Counted from the first letter of the stretch, positions 29,515-40,884 are shown. The stretch is DNA of 64,000 nucleotides from Gallionella sp. (GCA_028688275.1 JAQTYN010000003.1:1358-65357), one strand, 5' to 3'. Translations and numbers: made by a program. The notes: generated by a model from the letters alone, not told the origin.

Positions 29515-31029
29515 TTATTCGTCCTCTAAATCCAACGCCAGCTGGTTCTTATCTTCTTTGACATTGGCTTTGCCGTTGCTGCGGCGTGCTTCGATGGCAT
29601 CCAGATAGGCGGGGGTAATATCACCCGTGATGTAAATGCCATCAAAACACGATGCGTCAAAGCTGGTTACTTTAGGATTGGCTTTGCGTATAGCGGCTTT
29701 TAAATCGTCCAAATCTTGATAAATGATATTGTCCGCGCCAATTTCGCGGCAGATTTCGGCATCCGTGCGTCCCGTGGCAATCAGTTCTTGTGGGCTGGGC
29801 ATGTCAATACCATAGACATTGGGATAACGCACGGGCGGCGCGGCAGAGGCGAAATAGACTTTACGTGCACCTGCGTCACGGGCCATTTGCACGATTTCGC
29901 GGCTGGTGGTGCCGCGCACGATGGAGTCATCCACCAGCAACACGTTTTTGCCTTTGAATTCCACGCCTATTGGATTGAGCTTTTGGCGGACTGATTTTTT
30001 ACGCATCGCTTGCCCTGGCATGATAAAGGTGCGACCGATGTAGCGATTTTTAACAAAGCCTTCGCGGAAGCTCAAGCCTAGGTGATTCGCTAATTGCAAG
30101 GCACTGGGGCGGCTGGAATCGGGGATGGGAATGACCACGTCAATATCAACAGCTTGCCACGTGCGCTTCATTTTTTCCGCGAGGTATTCGCCCATGTACA
30201 AACGGGTTTCATATACAGATACGCCGTCGATGACCGAATCAGGACGGGCGAGATAGACATATTCAAAGATGCAGGGATTTAAACTGGCATGATCGCTGCA
30301 TAGTTGGCTGTGCAGCTTGCCTGCGAAATCTACAAAAACTGCTTCACCAGGGGCGATGTCGCGCATAAATTTGAAACCCAGCGTGTCGAGTGCAACACTT
30401 TCGGAGGCGACCAGATATTCGGTACCAGTCGGGGTGGTATTGCTGCCAATAACCAGCGGGCGTATGCCGTAAATATCTCGAAATGCCAGCAGACCATAGC
30501 CTGCAATCATGGCGACCACGGCATATGCACCCTTGCAACGGCGATGTACGCCCGCAACCGCCGCGAAGATACCTTGTTCAGTCAGACGCTCGATTTTCGA
30601 TTGTCGTTGTAATTCATTGGCTAAGACATTGAGCAAGACTTCGGAGTCTGAGTTGGTGTTGACATGACGCAAGTCTTCATCAAATAGCTGCTTTTTGAGT
30701 TCGTCGGTATTGGTCAAATTGCCGTTGTGTCCCAGCATAATGCCGAACGGGGAGTTAACGTAAAACGGTTGCGCTTCGTTGTGATCGACCGCTGAACCTG
30801 CCGTGGGATAGCGCACGTGGGCGATACCTGAATTGCCAAGTAGCGCACGCATATTGCGTGTCCGAAACACGTCGCGCACCATGCCATTGCCTTTGTGCAA
30901 ATGGAAGGTGTTGCCGTTGATGGTTGCAATGCCCGCCGCATCTTGTCCGCGATGTTGCAAAACTTGTAAGCCGTCATACAACAATTGGTTGACGGGGGTT
31001 TGTGAAATAACGCCGAGAATGCCACACAT
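29515..31029 (-). CDS. purF: Amidophosphoribosyltransferase
   Basis: N-terminal MCG, QHRGQD, HVRYPTAG and VDDSIVRGTT. Confidence 0.99.
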   Translation of the reverse strand: MCGILGVISQTPVNQLLYDGLQVLQHRGQDAAGIATINGNTFHLHKGNGMVRDVFRTRNMRALLGNSGIAHVRYPTAGSAVDHNEAQPFYVNSPFGIMLGHNGNLTNTDELKKQLFDEDLRHVNTNSDSEVLLNVLANELQRQSKIERLTEQGIFAAVAGVHRRCKGAYAVVAMIAGYGLLAFRDIYGIRPLVIGSNTTPTGTEYLVASESVALDTLGFKFMRDIAPGEAVFVDFAGKLHSQLCSDHASLNPCIFEYVYLARPDSVIDGVSVYETRLYMGEYLAEKMKRTWQAVDIDVVIPIPDSSRPSALQLANHLGLSFREGFVKNRYIGRTFIMPGQAMRKKSVRQKLNPIGVEFKGKNVLLVDDSIVRGTTSREIVQMARDAGARKVYFASAAPPVRYPNVYGIDMPSPQELIATGRTDAEICREIGADNIIYQDLDDLKAAIRKANPKVTSFDASCFDGIYITGDITPAYLDAIEARRSNGKANVKEDKNQLALDLEDE

Positions 31030-31045
31030 GTTGTGATCCTAGTAA

Positions 31046-31540
31046 TTAGTAACGATTTTTGTAATGAATATGCTGCGCAACAGTTTGAGGCAGGTAAGGT
31101 TTGTTTTGTAAGGCCATATCTTCTGCAAAAGGGGTGACAACGGCCTCTGTCCACACAGCTTGTTCGGGTAAGTTGGATAAACCACAAAGCAAGACTAATG
31201 CCAATAGGACTATCACCGCACGTATCAGTCCGAAAGCCATACCCAAAGCTTTGTCCACCCTGCCGAGTCCAACGGCTCTGACCAGTTTGAAAAATCCCAG
31301 AATAATTAGTCCCCAGACGATGAGTGTGACGATAAAAATGATGGAATAGGTAACTGGCATTAACAGCAAATCTAGATTATTGGGTAATTGTGCGGCGACG
31401 TTATTGGCGTAGGTTTTACTCATGAAATAGGCAATCGGCCAGCCAAACATCGACAATAACTCATACACAAAGCCGCGCATCCATCCTATGCCGACGGACA
31501 GGCCAATAATCACAATAACGGCAGCATCAATGAGGTTCAT
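31046..31540 (-). CDS. cvpA: CvpA family membrane protein
   Basis: RGFVYE and DKALGMAFGLIRA motifs, conserved position upstream of purF. Confidence 0.92.
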   Translation of the reverse strand: MNLIDAAVIVIIGLSVGIGWMRGFVYELLSMFGWPIAYFMSKTYANNVAAQLPNNLDLLLMPVTYSIIFIVTLIVWGLIILGFFKLVRAVGLGRVDKALGMAFGLIRAVIVLLALVLLCGLSNLPEQAVWTEAVVTPFAEDMALQNKPYLPQTVAQHIHYKNRY

Positions 31541-32160
31541 TTGGAAATAACGAGCGTTGAACGCGTACCTTGCTTTTGTAGGAGTTGACGAGCCTTGTCA
31601 GCTTGCTCACGATCCGTAAACGGCCCTACATGGATGCGCGTTTTGTTGTTAGATTTTTCAATGGTGACATTCAGGTTATTTTGCTTTAACTTTTCCGCCA
31701 CTTGCGCTGCTTTTGCAGGATTGCTGTAGTTCCCGACATGGAGCAGATAACGTTTATTATCCGTGCGCTCGGTTCGGCTCCTCACGGGGGGAATCACCAT
31801 GACGGGGTGAGTTGACTCCGCGTTCGTGCTTGAAAGTTTGTTTTTGGCTGGCGCAGTGTCATTGCGACGGGGAGCGACTGGGGTGTCGCCCGCATTGCTA
31901 TCTATAATGGCAGGCGATGTGGCTGGTGTTTCTGGTGTAGGTGCAATTGTTTCAGCGGATGGCGTGGGTGATGTAAATTCGCTGATTTTCTCAGGCGAAG
32001 GGATATCCAGACTGATATTAGTCCCAGCTTGTTTGGGTTCGTTATCCAAAAACATGGGCAATGCCACGACGATGAATAACGTCAGCGCGCCCGCACCCAA
32101 TAAACGATGACGGGTTTTGCGCTTCAGAGCTTGTTCATCAACGCTAAGTTCTTTGGTCAT
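31537..32160 (-). CDS. dedD: SPOR-domain cell division protein
   Basis: RHRLLGA..L...ALPMFLD N-terminus, C-terminal SPOR (RIHVGPF), position between folC and cvpA. Confidence 0.88.
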   Translation of the reverse strand: MTKELSVDEQALKRKTRHRLLGAGALTLFIVVALPMFLDNEPKQAGTNISLDIPSPEKISEFTSPTPSAETIAPTPETPATSPAIIDSNAGDTPVAPRRNDTAPAKNKLSSTNAESTHPVMVIPPVRSRTERTDNKRYLLHVGNYSNPAKAAQVAEKLKQNNLNVTIEKSNNKTRIHVGPFTDREQADKARQLLQKQGTRSTLVISK

Positions 32161-32206
32161 GATTGACTGTTATTCCTGAAAAATTCTGACAGCTACGTTC
32201 AATTTA

Positions 32207-32346
32207 AGCTGTTAGTCGTTAGTTTTTAGTTGATAGTTTAAGTCGGTTGGGATGTGAAATCACAGCATCCCCATATTTTTTGCTATATATTTAAATAGAT
32301 ACGCTCATGTTTTTACTCTCCCAACTAAAAGCTAACGACTAGCGAC
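32207..32346. repeat. Inverted heptamer-repeat element (TTAGTCG/CTAACGA family)
   Basis: Left arm AGCTGTTAGTCGTTAGTTTTTAGTTG is complementary to right arm CAACTAAAAGCTAACGACTAGC, with a spacer of about 90 nt. Confidence 0.75.
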
Positions 32347-32388
32347 AAGTGACTAATATCAAAATATACGTTGATTTGTGTGCACACC

Positions 32389-33795
32389 TTATCTATGCAA
32401 ACGGTGTGCTTGCAGCACCTCCGCCACGGTGTAGAACGAGCCAAAGGCGGTGATTCTATCATTTTCGCCCGCGACATTACAGGCATGAACGAAAGCAGCC
32501 GTCGGATCGTCAAATTTTTGAATGTCGCCGTGCACGTGGCAAGCCTGTAGGGCGGAACTGACTTCATCAGCGGTTGCGCCGCGCGGGGCGTGTATGCTGG
32601 CGACTAACCACACATCCACTTGGTCTTGCAGCGCGGTAATCACGCCCGCCATATCTTTGTCTTTCAGCATGGCAAATACGGCGTATCGGCGGGGAACAGG
32701 CGGTAAGCTCGTCCAGTTTTGCGCCAAACTGCGAGCCGCATGGGGATTATGGGCAACATCTAAAATGACAGTGGGCTTGCCTGGCAAAGTTTGAAAACGC
32801 CCTGTGAGCGAAACTTCTACCAAGCCACACCGCACGGCTGCCATATTGACGGGCAATTTTTCTTTCAGTACGTCCAACGCTGCCAGCACGGCACTGGCAT
32901 TACCCAGTTGGAATGCACCGCGTAAAGCAGGGTAGGGCAGTGACGCACGCGCCCCGATTGGACTGTAAAAATCCCATTGTTGCGGTGATGCAGCGGGGGT
33001 TGCAATAGATAACGGGTCATGGGCGCGCGCCGTGAGGGATACTTCATTAAAACCAAAGTCCGTGCCAATTTGCCACAAAGTCGCGCCGATGTCCTGTGCG
33101 TGCTTCACTAAAGTATCAGGCACATTGGGTTCCGCGCAAATCGCCACCTTACCGCTGCGGAAAATGCCTGCTTTTTCAAAGCCGATCAATTCCCGCGTGT
33201 CGCCTAAATAGTCGATGTGGTCTATGTCGATGCTGGTGACGATGGCGCAATCGCTATCAAACACATTCACGGCATCCAACCTACCACCTAGCCCCACTTC
33301 CAAAATTGCCACATCGACTTGTTGTTCGATAAACAACTGCATTGCCGCCAAAGTGCCGAACTCAAAATAGGTCAACGCGATGTCGGTGTTGCGTAGGTCG
33401 GGATTCATCCCGACATCTCTCTCATTTTTCTCCCTCTGGGAGAGGGCTGGGGTGAGGGCAACTCCTTGACGTGCCAGCTCAATCGCCGTAAAGGACGCGC
33501 ATAAATCCGCATCACTCACGGGTTGTTTGTCGATGCGCACCCGTTCGTTGTACTCCAGCAAATGCGGCGAGGTATAGCAACCGACGCGGTACCCCGCCGC
33601 AAACAAAATGCTTTCCAGCATGGCACAAACTGACCCTTTACCATTCGTCCCGCCCACCACAATCACAGGAAAATCAGGCGACAAATTCATGCGCTGCTTC
33701 ACTTCCGTCACACGTGATAAACCTAGGGAAATGGTTTTAGGGTTTAAAGATTCAAGATGGGTGAGCCAAGCGGGGAGATTTTTATGTACGTTCAT
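32389..33795 (-). CDS. folC: Bifunctional folylpolyglutamate synthase/dihydrofolate synthase, with two in-frame insertions
   Basis: VGGTNGKGS, YTSPHL, TYFEFGTLA, EVGLGGRLDAVN and DVAHNPHAA. Confidence 0.97.
   Translation of the reverse strand: MNVHKNLPAWLTHLESLNPKTISLGLSRVTEVKQRMNLSPDFPVIVVGGTNGKGSVCAMLESILFAAGYRVGCYTSPHLLEYNERVRIDKQPVSDADLCASFTAIELARQGVALTPALSQREKNERDVGMNPDLRNTDIALTYFEFGTLAAMQLFIEQQVDVAILEVGLGGRLDAVNVFDSDCAIVTSIDIDHIDYLGDTRELIGFEKAGIFRSGKVAICAEPNVPDTLVKHAQDIGATLWQIGTDFGFNEVSLTARAHDPLSIATPAASPQQWDFYSPIGARASLPYPALRGAFQLGNASAVLAALDVLKEKLPVNMAAVRCGLVEVSLTGRFQTLPGKPTVILDVAHNPHAARSLAQNWTSLPPVPRRYAVFAMLKDKDMAGVITALQDQVDVWLVASIHAPRGATADEVSSALQACHVHGDIQKFDDPTAAFVHACNVAGENDRITAFGSFYTVAEVLQAHRLHR
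33379..33459. repeat. GTAG-REP plus CCCTCTCCC-family repeat inserted in frame within folC
   Basis: GTAGGTCGGGATTCATCCCGAC (33393-33414) abuts TCTCCCTCTGGGAGAGGGCTGGGGTGAGGG (33429-33458). Confidence 0.85.
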
Positions 33796-33800
33796 TATGG

Positions 33801-34550
33801 TTAGTAATCGCTGAAAGCGGTGAGGCAATGTTGCCAAGCGTCGGGTTGCTGTGATTTTAGTGCCGAAAAGGGAGCCTCATTTTGTCCCGTGCCTTTAAAG
33901 CACCAGCCTAATAAACCGTGGTCGTCGGCTTCTAACAAATGGTCAACCAAGTCGTCCTGTGTTGCGGAGGGAGTTTCCAAGTAGTTGCTAATACATTGCT
34001 TGAGACGTTTATAGGTTCTCTTATAACTTTCGGCCAATCCTTCACGGCGATCTAGTTGCAGTATTTCAACGGTTTTTAATCCCTTGTTTGAATAATCATT
34101 GAGTTGCAAAATATATCGAGCAGACATTCTGCCCGTTTCAATTTCAAAATCCAGATAATCCCAAGGATCTTCTACGCAAGGATCAATTAGCAAGGGCTGT
34201 TGGTCATCGTGCAGTGGAAACTTACTACCTTTAAGGCGACCGCATTCTGTGCAACACAATAGTAAGTTTTGCCACTGAAACATCCATTCAGGAAAGGGCG
34301 ATTTAGGGCGGAAGTGTTCAATATCGCAACCATGAGAATCCACGCAATACATACAGCGTCCGCGCTTGCCCATCATGGATTGCAAGGCATTCAGCACGCT
34401 GGTCATCGATTGGGTTTGACGTGCGGATTTCCACTTGCTGGTTATATCAGGGTTTTCTCCCCGCGCCCGTGCGGTGTCGATTTCCTGTTGTTTATCATTC
34501 AGATAAGTGTGCAGGTCAGGGGCAAGGGCTGCTCGCCGAACGCGTTGCAT
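33801..34550 (-). CDS. HNH endonuclease, PtuB/TIGR02646-like
   Basis: RCMYC..DIEHFRPKS..WQNLLLCCTECGRLKG..PLLIDP. Confidence 0.88.
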   Translation of the reverse strand: MQRVRRAALAPDLHTYLNDKQQEIDTARARGENPDITSKWKSARQTQSMTSVLNALQSMMGKRGRCMYCVDSHGCDIEHFRPKSPFPEWMFQWQNLLLCCTECGRLKGSKFPLHDDQQPLLIDPCVEDPWDYLDFEIETGRMSARYILQLNDYSNKGLKTVEILQLDRREGLAESYKRTYKRLKQCISNYLETPSATQDDLVDHLLEADDHGLLGWCFKGTGQNEAPFSALKSQQPDAWQHCLTAFSDY

Positions 34551-34553
34551 GGT

Positions 34554-36191
34554 TTACAGTTCTTTATCCGCGTGGATAAAGTTGTCCAATTCAGCCAAAC
34601 GTGTTGATTCGGCTGCTGTCAGTGTCGCCCCTGCACGTTGTTTGCTACGAAGTTTGGTAAATTCGGCTAAATTTTCAACCGCCAATTCGGAGCGCGTATT
34701 TTGCAAACCAAACGCAGGCGAACGCAGTACGGCATCACTTTTGGAGGCGCGGACTTCTTGTAGTTGCGCATCGGATAATGCATAAGGTAATTCATCGCTA
34801 CCAGGTTCAGGCAATACAAAAATTTTATCCGCCGCTTGGCAAATCAACGGGCTATGCGTCGTCACCAAAAATTGAATATGCGGGAAATGGCGTTTTAACC
34901 AGCCGCTGATTTCACGTTGCCATTCGGGATGCAAATGCGCATCGACTTCATCAATCAACACCACGCCGCTGCGGGTAATGTACAAGCGACCTTCGGCATT
35001 GCGCGCTGCCAACCCTTCCACGCCAAATTTGCGAATCAATTGACGCAAAATATCCGATAACAACGCCAATGCAGCGCGATAGCCATCGCTCATATCGCGC
35101 CAAGCCAGTCGCAAACCATTGCGATCTTCTAGCCACAAACCATCTGAATTGACATCTTTTAGCGTGATTTGATTCGGCATAAACTCATCACGCAACAATT
35201 CCAACACGATTTCTAACTGTGCTTTTGCTGATTCGTTGCCTTCTAGGGTTTTATACTTTAGGTCACGCAACCAACGATCTGCTTCGTAAAGCGAGGCAGC
35301 TTCTTGAAACAAGGTGGCAAAACGCTCTACCACTTCACCCGTCATCAGTTGCGTCGCTTCTTGGGATGCGCCGAATACTCGACGGAAAGGGCCGTAACCG
35401 CAGGAGAACCAACCTTGAGAATTTTCTGACAAAAGACCATCACCTGCCATCATCGCGCTCAACATCGTAGAGATTAGCATTCGTCCCTCTAAGCTGCTTT
35501 GTATCAGCGTGGCAAATTCCTCTTCTAGAGCATTTCGTTCCGTTTCAGATAACTTGGCAATGTTCTCTTTTACTTGATTAAGCGTAGCTTTTAGTTCATG
35601 AAATTCAATCTCAACATCGTCAAAATTAGCAACCATTGATTTGGCTCGCAAGTATGAGCGGCTCTTTTCGTAAAAAGTCGTGACATCTATTGATGTCCAA
35701 TCTGGAATTGTCAATGCTTGAAGCAGATAAACCCCAAAATTCTTAGCAAAATTTTCTAAGGAGCTATTATCTTTTTTGTCTAGAGAATCCACGATGGCAT
35801 CCATAGATTCGGTTGCAGAGTTGCTAAGGCTAACATCTCGCACAGGAAGAAAATAATCCATAACTGGCGCAACTTCTTGCGGATATTCTTTATTTTGCTC
35901 AAAGAAATCGTCTTCAAGATTGCGCACAAAAGAAAGCGAAGCGTGAGCCTCTTTTTCACCATGACGAACCCATGCGTCAATCTTGGGTTCGAGTGTTAAG
36001 GCATATTGTCCTCTCACCAACCCCGCCGCAATAGCCTTTAACAGTGTGCTTTTCCCCGCGCCATTACCCCCCGTAAAAACAATCCACCCTGCGTACTTGG
36101 CTTGCCCATGCTCATCCACTCCGTGCGCAAGGTCAAAATCCAGCTCTTTGAATCCACGAATGTTTTTCAGTTTAATACGGCTGATGTGCAT
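34554..36191 (-). CDS. ABC/SMC-type ATPase, PtuA-like (AAA_21)
   Basis: LKNIRGF, Walker A GGNGAGKS, signature MSDGY, Walker B VLIDEVDAHLHP and H-loop TTHSP. Confidence 0.9.
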   Translation of the reverse strand: MHISRIKLKNIRGFKELDFDLAHGVDEHGQAKYAGWIVFTGGNGAGKSTLLKAIAAGLVRGQYALTLEPKIDAWVRHGEKEAHASLSFVRNLEDDFFEQNKEYPQEVAPVMDYFLPVRDVSLSNSATESMDAIVDSLDKKDNSSLENFAKNFGVYLLQALTIPDWTSIDVTTFYEKSRSYLRAKSMVANFDDVEIEFHELKATLNQVKENIAKLSETERNALEEEFATLIQSSLEGRMLISTMLSAMMAGDGLLSENSQGWFSCGYGPFRRVFGASQEATQLMTGEVVERFATLFQEAASLYEADRWLRDLKYKTLEGNESAKAQLEIVLELLRDEFMPNQITLKDVNSDGLWLEDRNGLRLAWRDMSDGYRAALALLSDILRQLIRKFGVEGLAARNAEGRLYITRSGVVLIDEVDAHLHPEWQREISGWLKRHFPHIQFLVTTHSPLICQAADKIFVLPEPGSDELPYALSDAQLQEVRASKSDAVLRSPAFGLQNTRSELAVENLAEFTKLRSKQRAGATLTAAESTRLAELDNFIHADKEL

Positions 36192-36212
36192 GATGTTCTC
36201 GCTCGAAGTAGC

Positions 36213-37094
36213 TTACGCCGCCTCAATCTCCGCTACAGCATCTTGTTTGTTGAGTAATGCCATCAATTTTGCCAGTTGATCCCGCATTTCGCGTCTGTCC
36301 ACAATCATATCGACTGCGCCGTGTTCCAACAGGAATTCAGCGCGTTGGAAGCCATCTGGCAGGGTTTCGCGAACGGTTTGTTGGATCACGCGTGCGCCTG
36401 CGAAGCCGATTAACGCGCCTGGTTCGGCGATGACCACGTCACCCATAAAGGCGAAGCTGGCGGATACGCCGCCCATGGTCGGGTCGGTTAATACTGAGAT
36501 AAAGGGTAATTTGGCTTCACTCAACTGCGTGAGTGCAGCACACGTTTTGGTCATTTGCATCAAGGACAGCAAGCCTTCTTGCATCCGTGCGCCACCGCTG
36601 GCAGCGAAACAGACGAACGGGCATTTTTGATCTAGGGCGACTTGCACCCCGCGCACAAAGCGTTCGCCGACCACCGAGCCCATGGAGCCGCCCATAAAAG
36701 TGAATTCAAATGCCGCTGCAACCACAGGTTGGGCGTGGATGCTGCCTTGCATGACAATCAGCGCGTCATCTTCGTCCGTCGCTTCTTTGGAGGCTAATAA
36801 ACGATCTGAGTATTTGCGGCTGTCTTTGAATTTCAACGGGTCAATCGGCAAGACTTCCGCGCCGATTTCAAAGCGACCTTCGCCGTCCAGTAGCCAATCC
36901 AGTCGGGTGCGGGCAGTGATGCGGTGGTGATGCAGGCACTTTGGGCAGACGCTGTTGTTTTTTTCCAAGTCGGCGTAATACAACACGGCTTGGCAAGACG
37001 GACATTTATGCCACAAGCCTTCAGGCACGTTTTTCTTAGCATCGCCTTCGCGGCGTTTCATTTTGGGGGGTAATAATTTTTGAAACCAGCTCAT
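36213..37094 (-). CDS. accD: Acetyl-CoA carboxylase carboxyltransferase beta subunit
   Basis: [15 protein letters not shown] zinc finger, [10 protein letters not shown] and SGGARMQEG. Confidence 0.99.
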   Translation of the reverse strand: MSWFQKLLPPKMKRREGDAKKNVPEGLWHKCPSCQAVLYYADLEKNNSVCPKCLHHHRITARTRLDWLLDGEGRFEIGAEVLPIDPLKFKDSRKYSDRLLASKEATDEDDALIVMQGSIHAQPVVAAAFEFTFMGGSMGSVVGERFVRGVQVALDQKCPFVCFAASGGARMQEGLLSLMQMTKTCAALTQLSEAKLPFISVLTDPTMGGVSASFAFMGDVVIAEPGALIGFAGARVIQQTVRETLPDGFQRAEFLLEHGAVDMIVDRREMRDQLAKLMALLNKQDAVAEIEAA

Positions 37095-37124
37095 GGTGAA
37101 CTCCTTGTATTTTCTGGGAAACTA

Positions 37125-37153
37125 GGTGGATGCACTGCGGTTATCCACCCTAC
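37125..37153 (-). repeat. GTAG-type REP (GTAGGGTGGAT..ATCCACC)
   Basis: Reverse complement GTAGGGTGGATAACCGCAGTGCATCCACC matches 48417-48445. Confidence 0.8.
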
Positions 37154-37177
37154 AACATTCAATTTCCGCCTCGTCAA

Positions 37178-37299
37178 TTCCCTCCCCCTAGCAGGGGGAG
37201 GGGTAGGGTGGGGGTTGGAATCGTCGCACGGATGGAAACTTTCAACCCCCATCCCAAAACCCCCTCGCTTCGCTCTCCCCCTCTGCTAGGGGGAAGGAG
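37178..37299. repeat. CCCTCCCCC/GGGGGAGGG palindromic repeat, copy C
   Basis: Nested hairpins, similar to 50488-50589. Confidence 0.8.
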
Positions 37300-37303
37300 C
37301 ATA

Positions 37304-38098
37304 TTAAGCCTGTTCCACTGCTTGTTTTAAACCACTGACCAACGCGCTAACATTAGCGATGACATTGGCTTCGGTTGAATCTTCAATTGCTTGCACGATG
37401 CGGCTGCCGACCACGACACCGTCGCATAATTTCGCGACTGCCAACGCGGTTTCCGCATCACGAATACCAAAACCTACGCCAATCGGCAGTTTAATATGCT
37501 GACGCAATTGTGGGATTTTATCGGCAATCGCGCTTAAATCCAAATTCCCCGCGCCCGTCACGCCTTTCAGCGACACGTAATAAACATACCCACGCGCCAA
37601 TTTCGCGACTTGTTGGATGCGCGATTCGGTGGTGGTGGGGGCAAGCAAGAAAATCGGCGCGATGTTGTAGCGTTGCAGATGGGCAAACGCGTCATGGCTT
37701 TCTTCGGGGGGAAAATCTACGGTCAGTACGCCGTCCACGCCCACTTCATCGCAGCGTTGCGCGAATACATCCCAGCCCATGGCTTCAATCGGATTGCCAT
37801 AGCCCATCAGCACCACGGGGGTGGTGGTGTTTTGTTGACGGAATTCTGCCACCATGTTCAACACGCTGCGTAGCGATACACCTTTTTTCAAGGCACGCTC
37901 GGACGCGCGTTGGATGGTCGGGCCATCCGCCATGGGATCAGAAAACGGCACGCCCAATTCCAAAATATCTGCACCCGAAGCCACCAGCGCGTGCATCAAT
38001 GGCACGGTCATTTCAGGCGACGGATCGCCCGCCGTAATAAAAGGAATCAATGCCTTACGCTGTCCCAGCGCGGCAAAAGTATTATCTATGCGACTCAT
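37304..38098 (-). CDS. trpA: Tryptophan synthase alpha chain
   Basis: [27 protein letters not shown] and VGFGI. Confidence 0.99.
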   Translation of the reverse strand: MSRIDNTFAALGQRKALIPFITAGDPSPEMTVPLMHALVASGADILELGVPFSDPMADGPTIQRASERALKKGVSLRSVLNMVAEFRQQNTTTPVVLMGYGNPIEAMGWDVFAQRCDEVGVDGVLTVDFPPEESHDAFAHLQRYNIAPIFLLAPTTTESRIQQVAKLARGYVYYVSLKGVTGAGNLDLSAIADKIPQLRQHIKLPIGVGFGIRDAETALAVAKLCDGVVVGSRIVQAIEDSTEANVIANVSALVSGLKQAVEQA

Positions 38099-39291
38099 AA
38101 TGTAATCCCCGACAAACGTGCCACAGTGTTAATGTCCTTGTCGCCGCGACCCGATAAATTCACCAGCAACACTTGATCTTTGCGCATCGTGGGCGCGATT
38201 TTGGCGGCGTGCGCCAAGGCGTGGCTGGATTCCAACGCGGGAATAATCCCTTCAAAACGACACAAATTGTGAAAAGCCTGCATCGCTTCGTCGTCGTTAA
38301 TGGCGACATATTCCGCACGTCCCGTGTCTTTTAACCAGCAATGCTCAGGTCCGACCCCAGGGTAATCCAAGCCAGCCGAAATAGAATGCGTCTCGATAAT
38401 TTGCCCGTTTTCGTCTTGCATCAAATACACGCGGTTGCCGTGCAACACGCCAACTTTGCTGTTGGAAGTCAACGGCGCAGCATGTGAGCCGCTGTCGATG
38501 CCATGCCCGCCCGCTTCCACGCCGATCAGGCGCACGCCTTCAATTTCGATGTAAGGATGGAAAATCCCAATCGCATTCGAGCCGCCGCCCACGCAAGCAA
38601 TCACCGCATCGGGCTGACGACCGATCATTTCAGGCATTTGCACCTTGGCTTCATTGCCAATCACGCATTGAAAATCGCGCACCATCATCGGATACGGATG
38701 CGGGCCCGCTGCCGTGCCGAAAATGTAAAACGTGGACTCGACGTTGGTCACCCAATCCCGAATCGCCTCGTTGCACGCGTCTTTCAGCGTTTTCGAGCCG
38801 CTTTCCACTGGCACAACCGTCGCGCCCAACAACTTCATGCGGAACACGTTCGGGGCTTGGCGTTGAATATCCTCCGCGCCCATATACACCACGCATTCCA
38901 TGCCATAGCGCGCCGCCACCGTCGCCGTCGCCACGCCGTGCATCCCCGCGCCTGTTTCCGCAATCACGCGCTTTTTGCCCATGCGCTTCGCCAACAAGGC
39001 TTGCCCCATGGCGTTATTGATTTTGTGCGCGCCCGTGTGATTCAAATCCTCGCGCTTCAAATAAATCTGCGCGCCGCCTAAGCGATCCGACCAGTTTTTC
39101 GCATGGTAAATCGGACTAGGACGACCGACGTAATGCTTCAATTCATCCGCAAATTCGGCTTTAAATTCCGCATCCTCGCGGAAATGTAAATACGCATCGC
39201 GCAACTCTTCCACCGCAGGAATCAGCGTCTCCGCCATATAAATCCCACCAAATTTCCCAAAATGACCCGTGTTATCAGGGTAGTTGTACAT
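38095..39291 (-). CDS. trpB: Tryptophan synthase beta chain
   Basis: [24 protein letters not shown] and [15 protein letters not shown]. Confidence 0.99.
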   Translation of the reverse strand: MYNYPDNTGHFGKFGGIYMAETLIPAVEELRDAYLHFREDAEFKAEFADELKHYVGRPSPIYHAKNWSDRLGGAQIYLKREDLNHTGAHKINNAMGQALLAKRMGKKRVIAETGAGMHGVATATVAARYGMECVVYMGAEDIQRQAPNVFRMKLLGATVVPVESGSKTLKDACNEAIRDWVTNVESTFYIFGTAAGPHPYPMMVRDFQCVIGNEAKVQMPEMIGRQPDAVIACVGGGSNAIGIFHPYIEIEGVRLIGVEAGGHGIDSGSHAAPLTSNSKVGVLHGNRVYLMQDENGQIIETHSISAGLDYPGVGPEHCWLKDTGRAEYVAINDDEAMQAFHNLCRFEGIIPALESSHALAHAAKIAPTMRKDQVLLVNLSGRGDKDINTVARLSGITL

Positions 39292-39524
39292 GTTTAACCT
39301 CATTGATAAACGCAGCAAACTCGCCGCGTCTTTAAGTAAGAACCGCCCATCCATTGCAAAATGTAGCGCGTCGCAAATTACTGCCGCCACATCACGGCGC
39401 GCATTGTAGCAAATCGCCCCTAAGTTGACGCAGCTTGTCGTCGGTGTTGTTGCGAGATGCGTTGTGCTCGAACGAATTTAACAAGCAAAACACTTCGCGC
39501 TGCCAACATATTTCACATACCAAT

Positions 39525-39552
39525 AAATCGCATAATTTATATTATGTAAAAT
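39525..39552 (+). other. dif: dif-like XerC/XerD chromosome dimer resolution site
   Basis: AAATCGCATAA-TTTATA-TTATGTAAAAT versus E. coli GGTGCGCATAA-TGTATA-TTATGTTAAAT. It is intergenic and AT-rich. Confidence 0.85.
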
Positions 39553-39709
39553 ATCCAATAAAACCTTAAAACATTGACCTCCATCGCGGATCCGCTTTTT
39601 GTTGATCATTTTATTGATTCGGCCAAGTGAAGTTTGAAGCCTATGTAAAAGTTTCACTATATTTACATAGAGTTATCTGCGAAAAAATTCAAACATAACC
39701 TAGCCGTAT

Positions 39710-40884
<1,175 letters not shown>

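Noticed and set aside
33796-33837. Longer ORF-track starts for folC (33837), the NTase (1271), trpB (39390), fba (1508) and gyrA (43490)
   Set aside because: The extensions overlap neighbouring genes or lack an RBS and homology-like sequence, so downstream ATGs were chosen.
33801-37300. Retron associated with the ATPase-HNH pair
   Set aside because: There is no reverse transcriptase ORF and no room for an msr-msd RNA, since the intergenic gaps are 3-21 nt.
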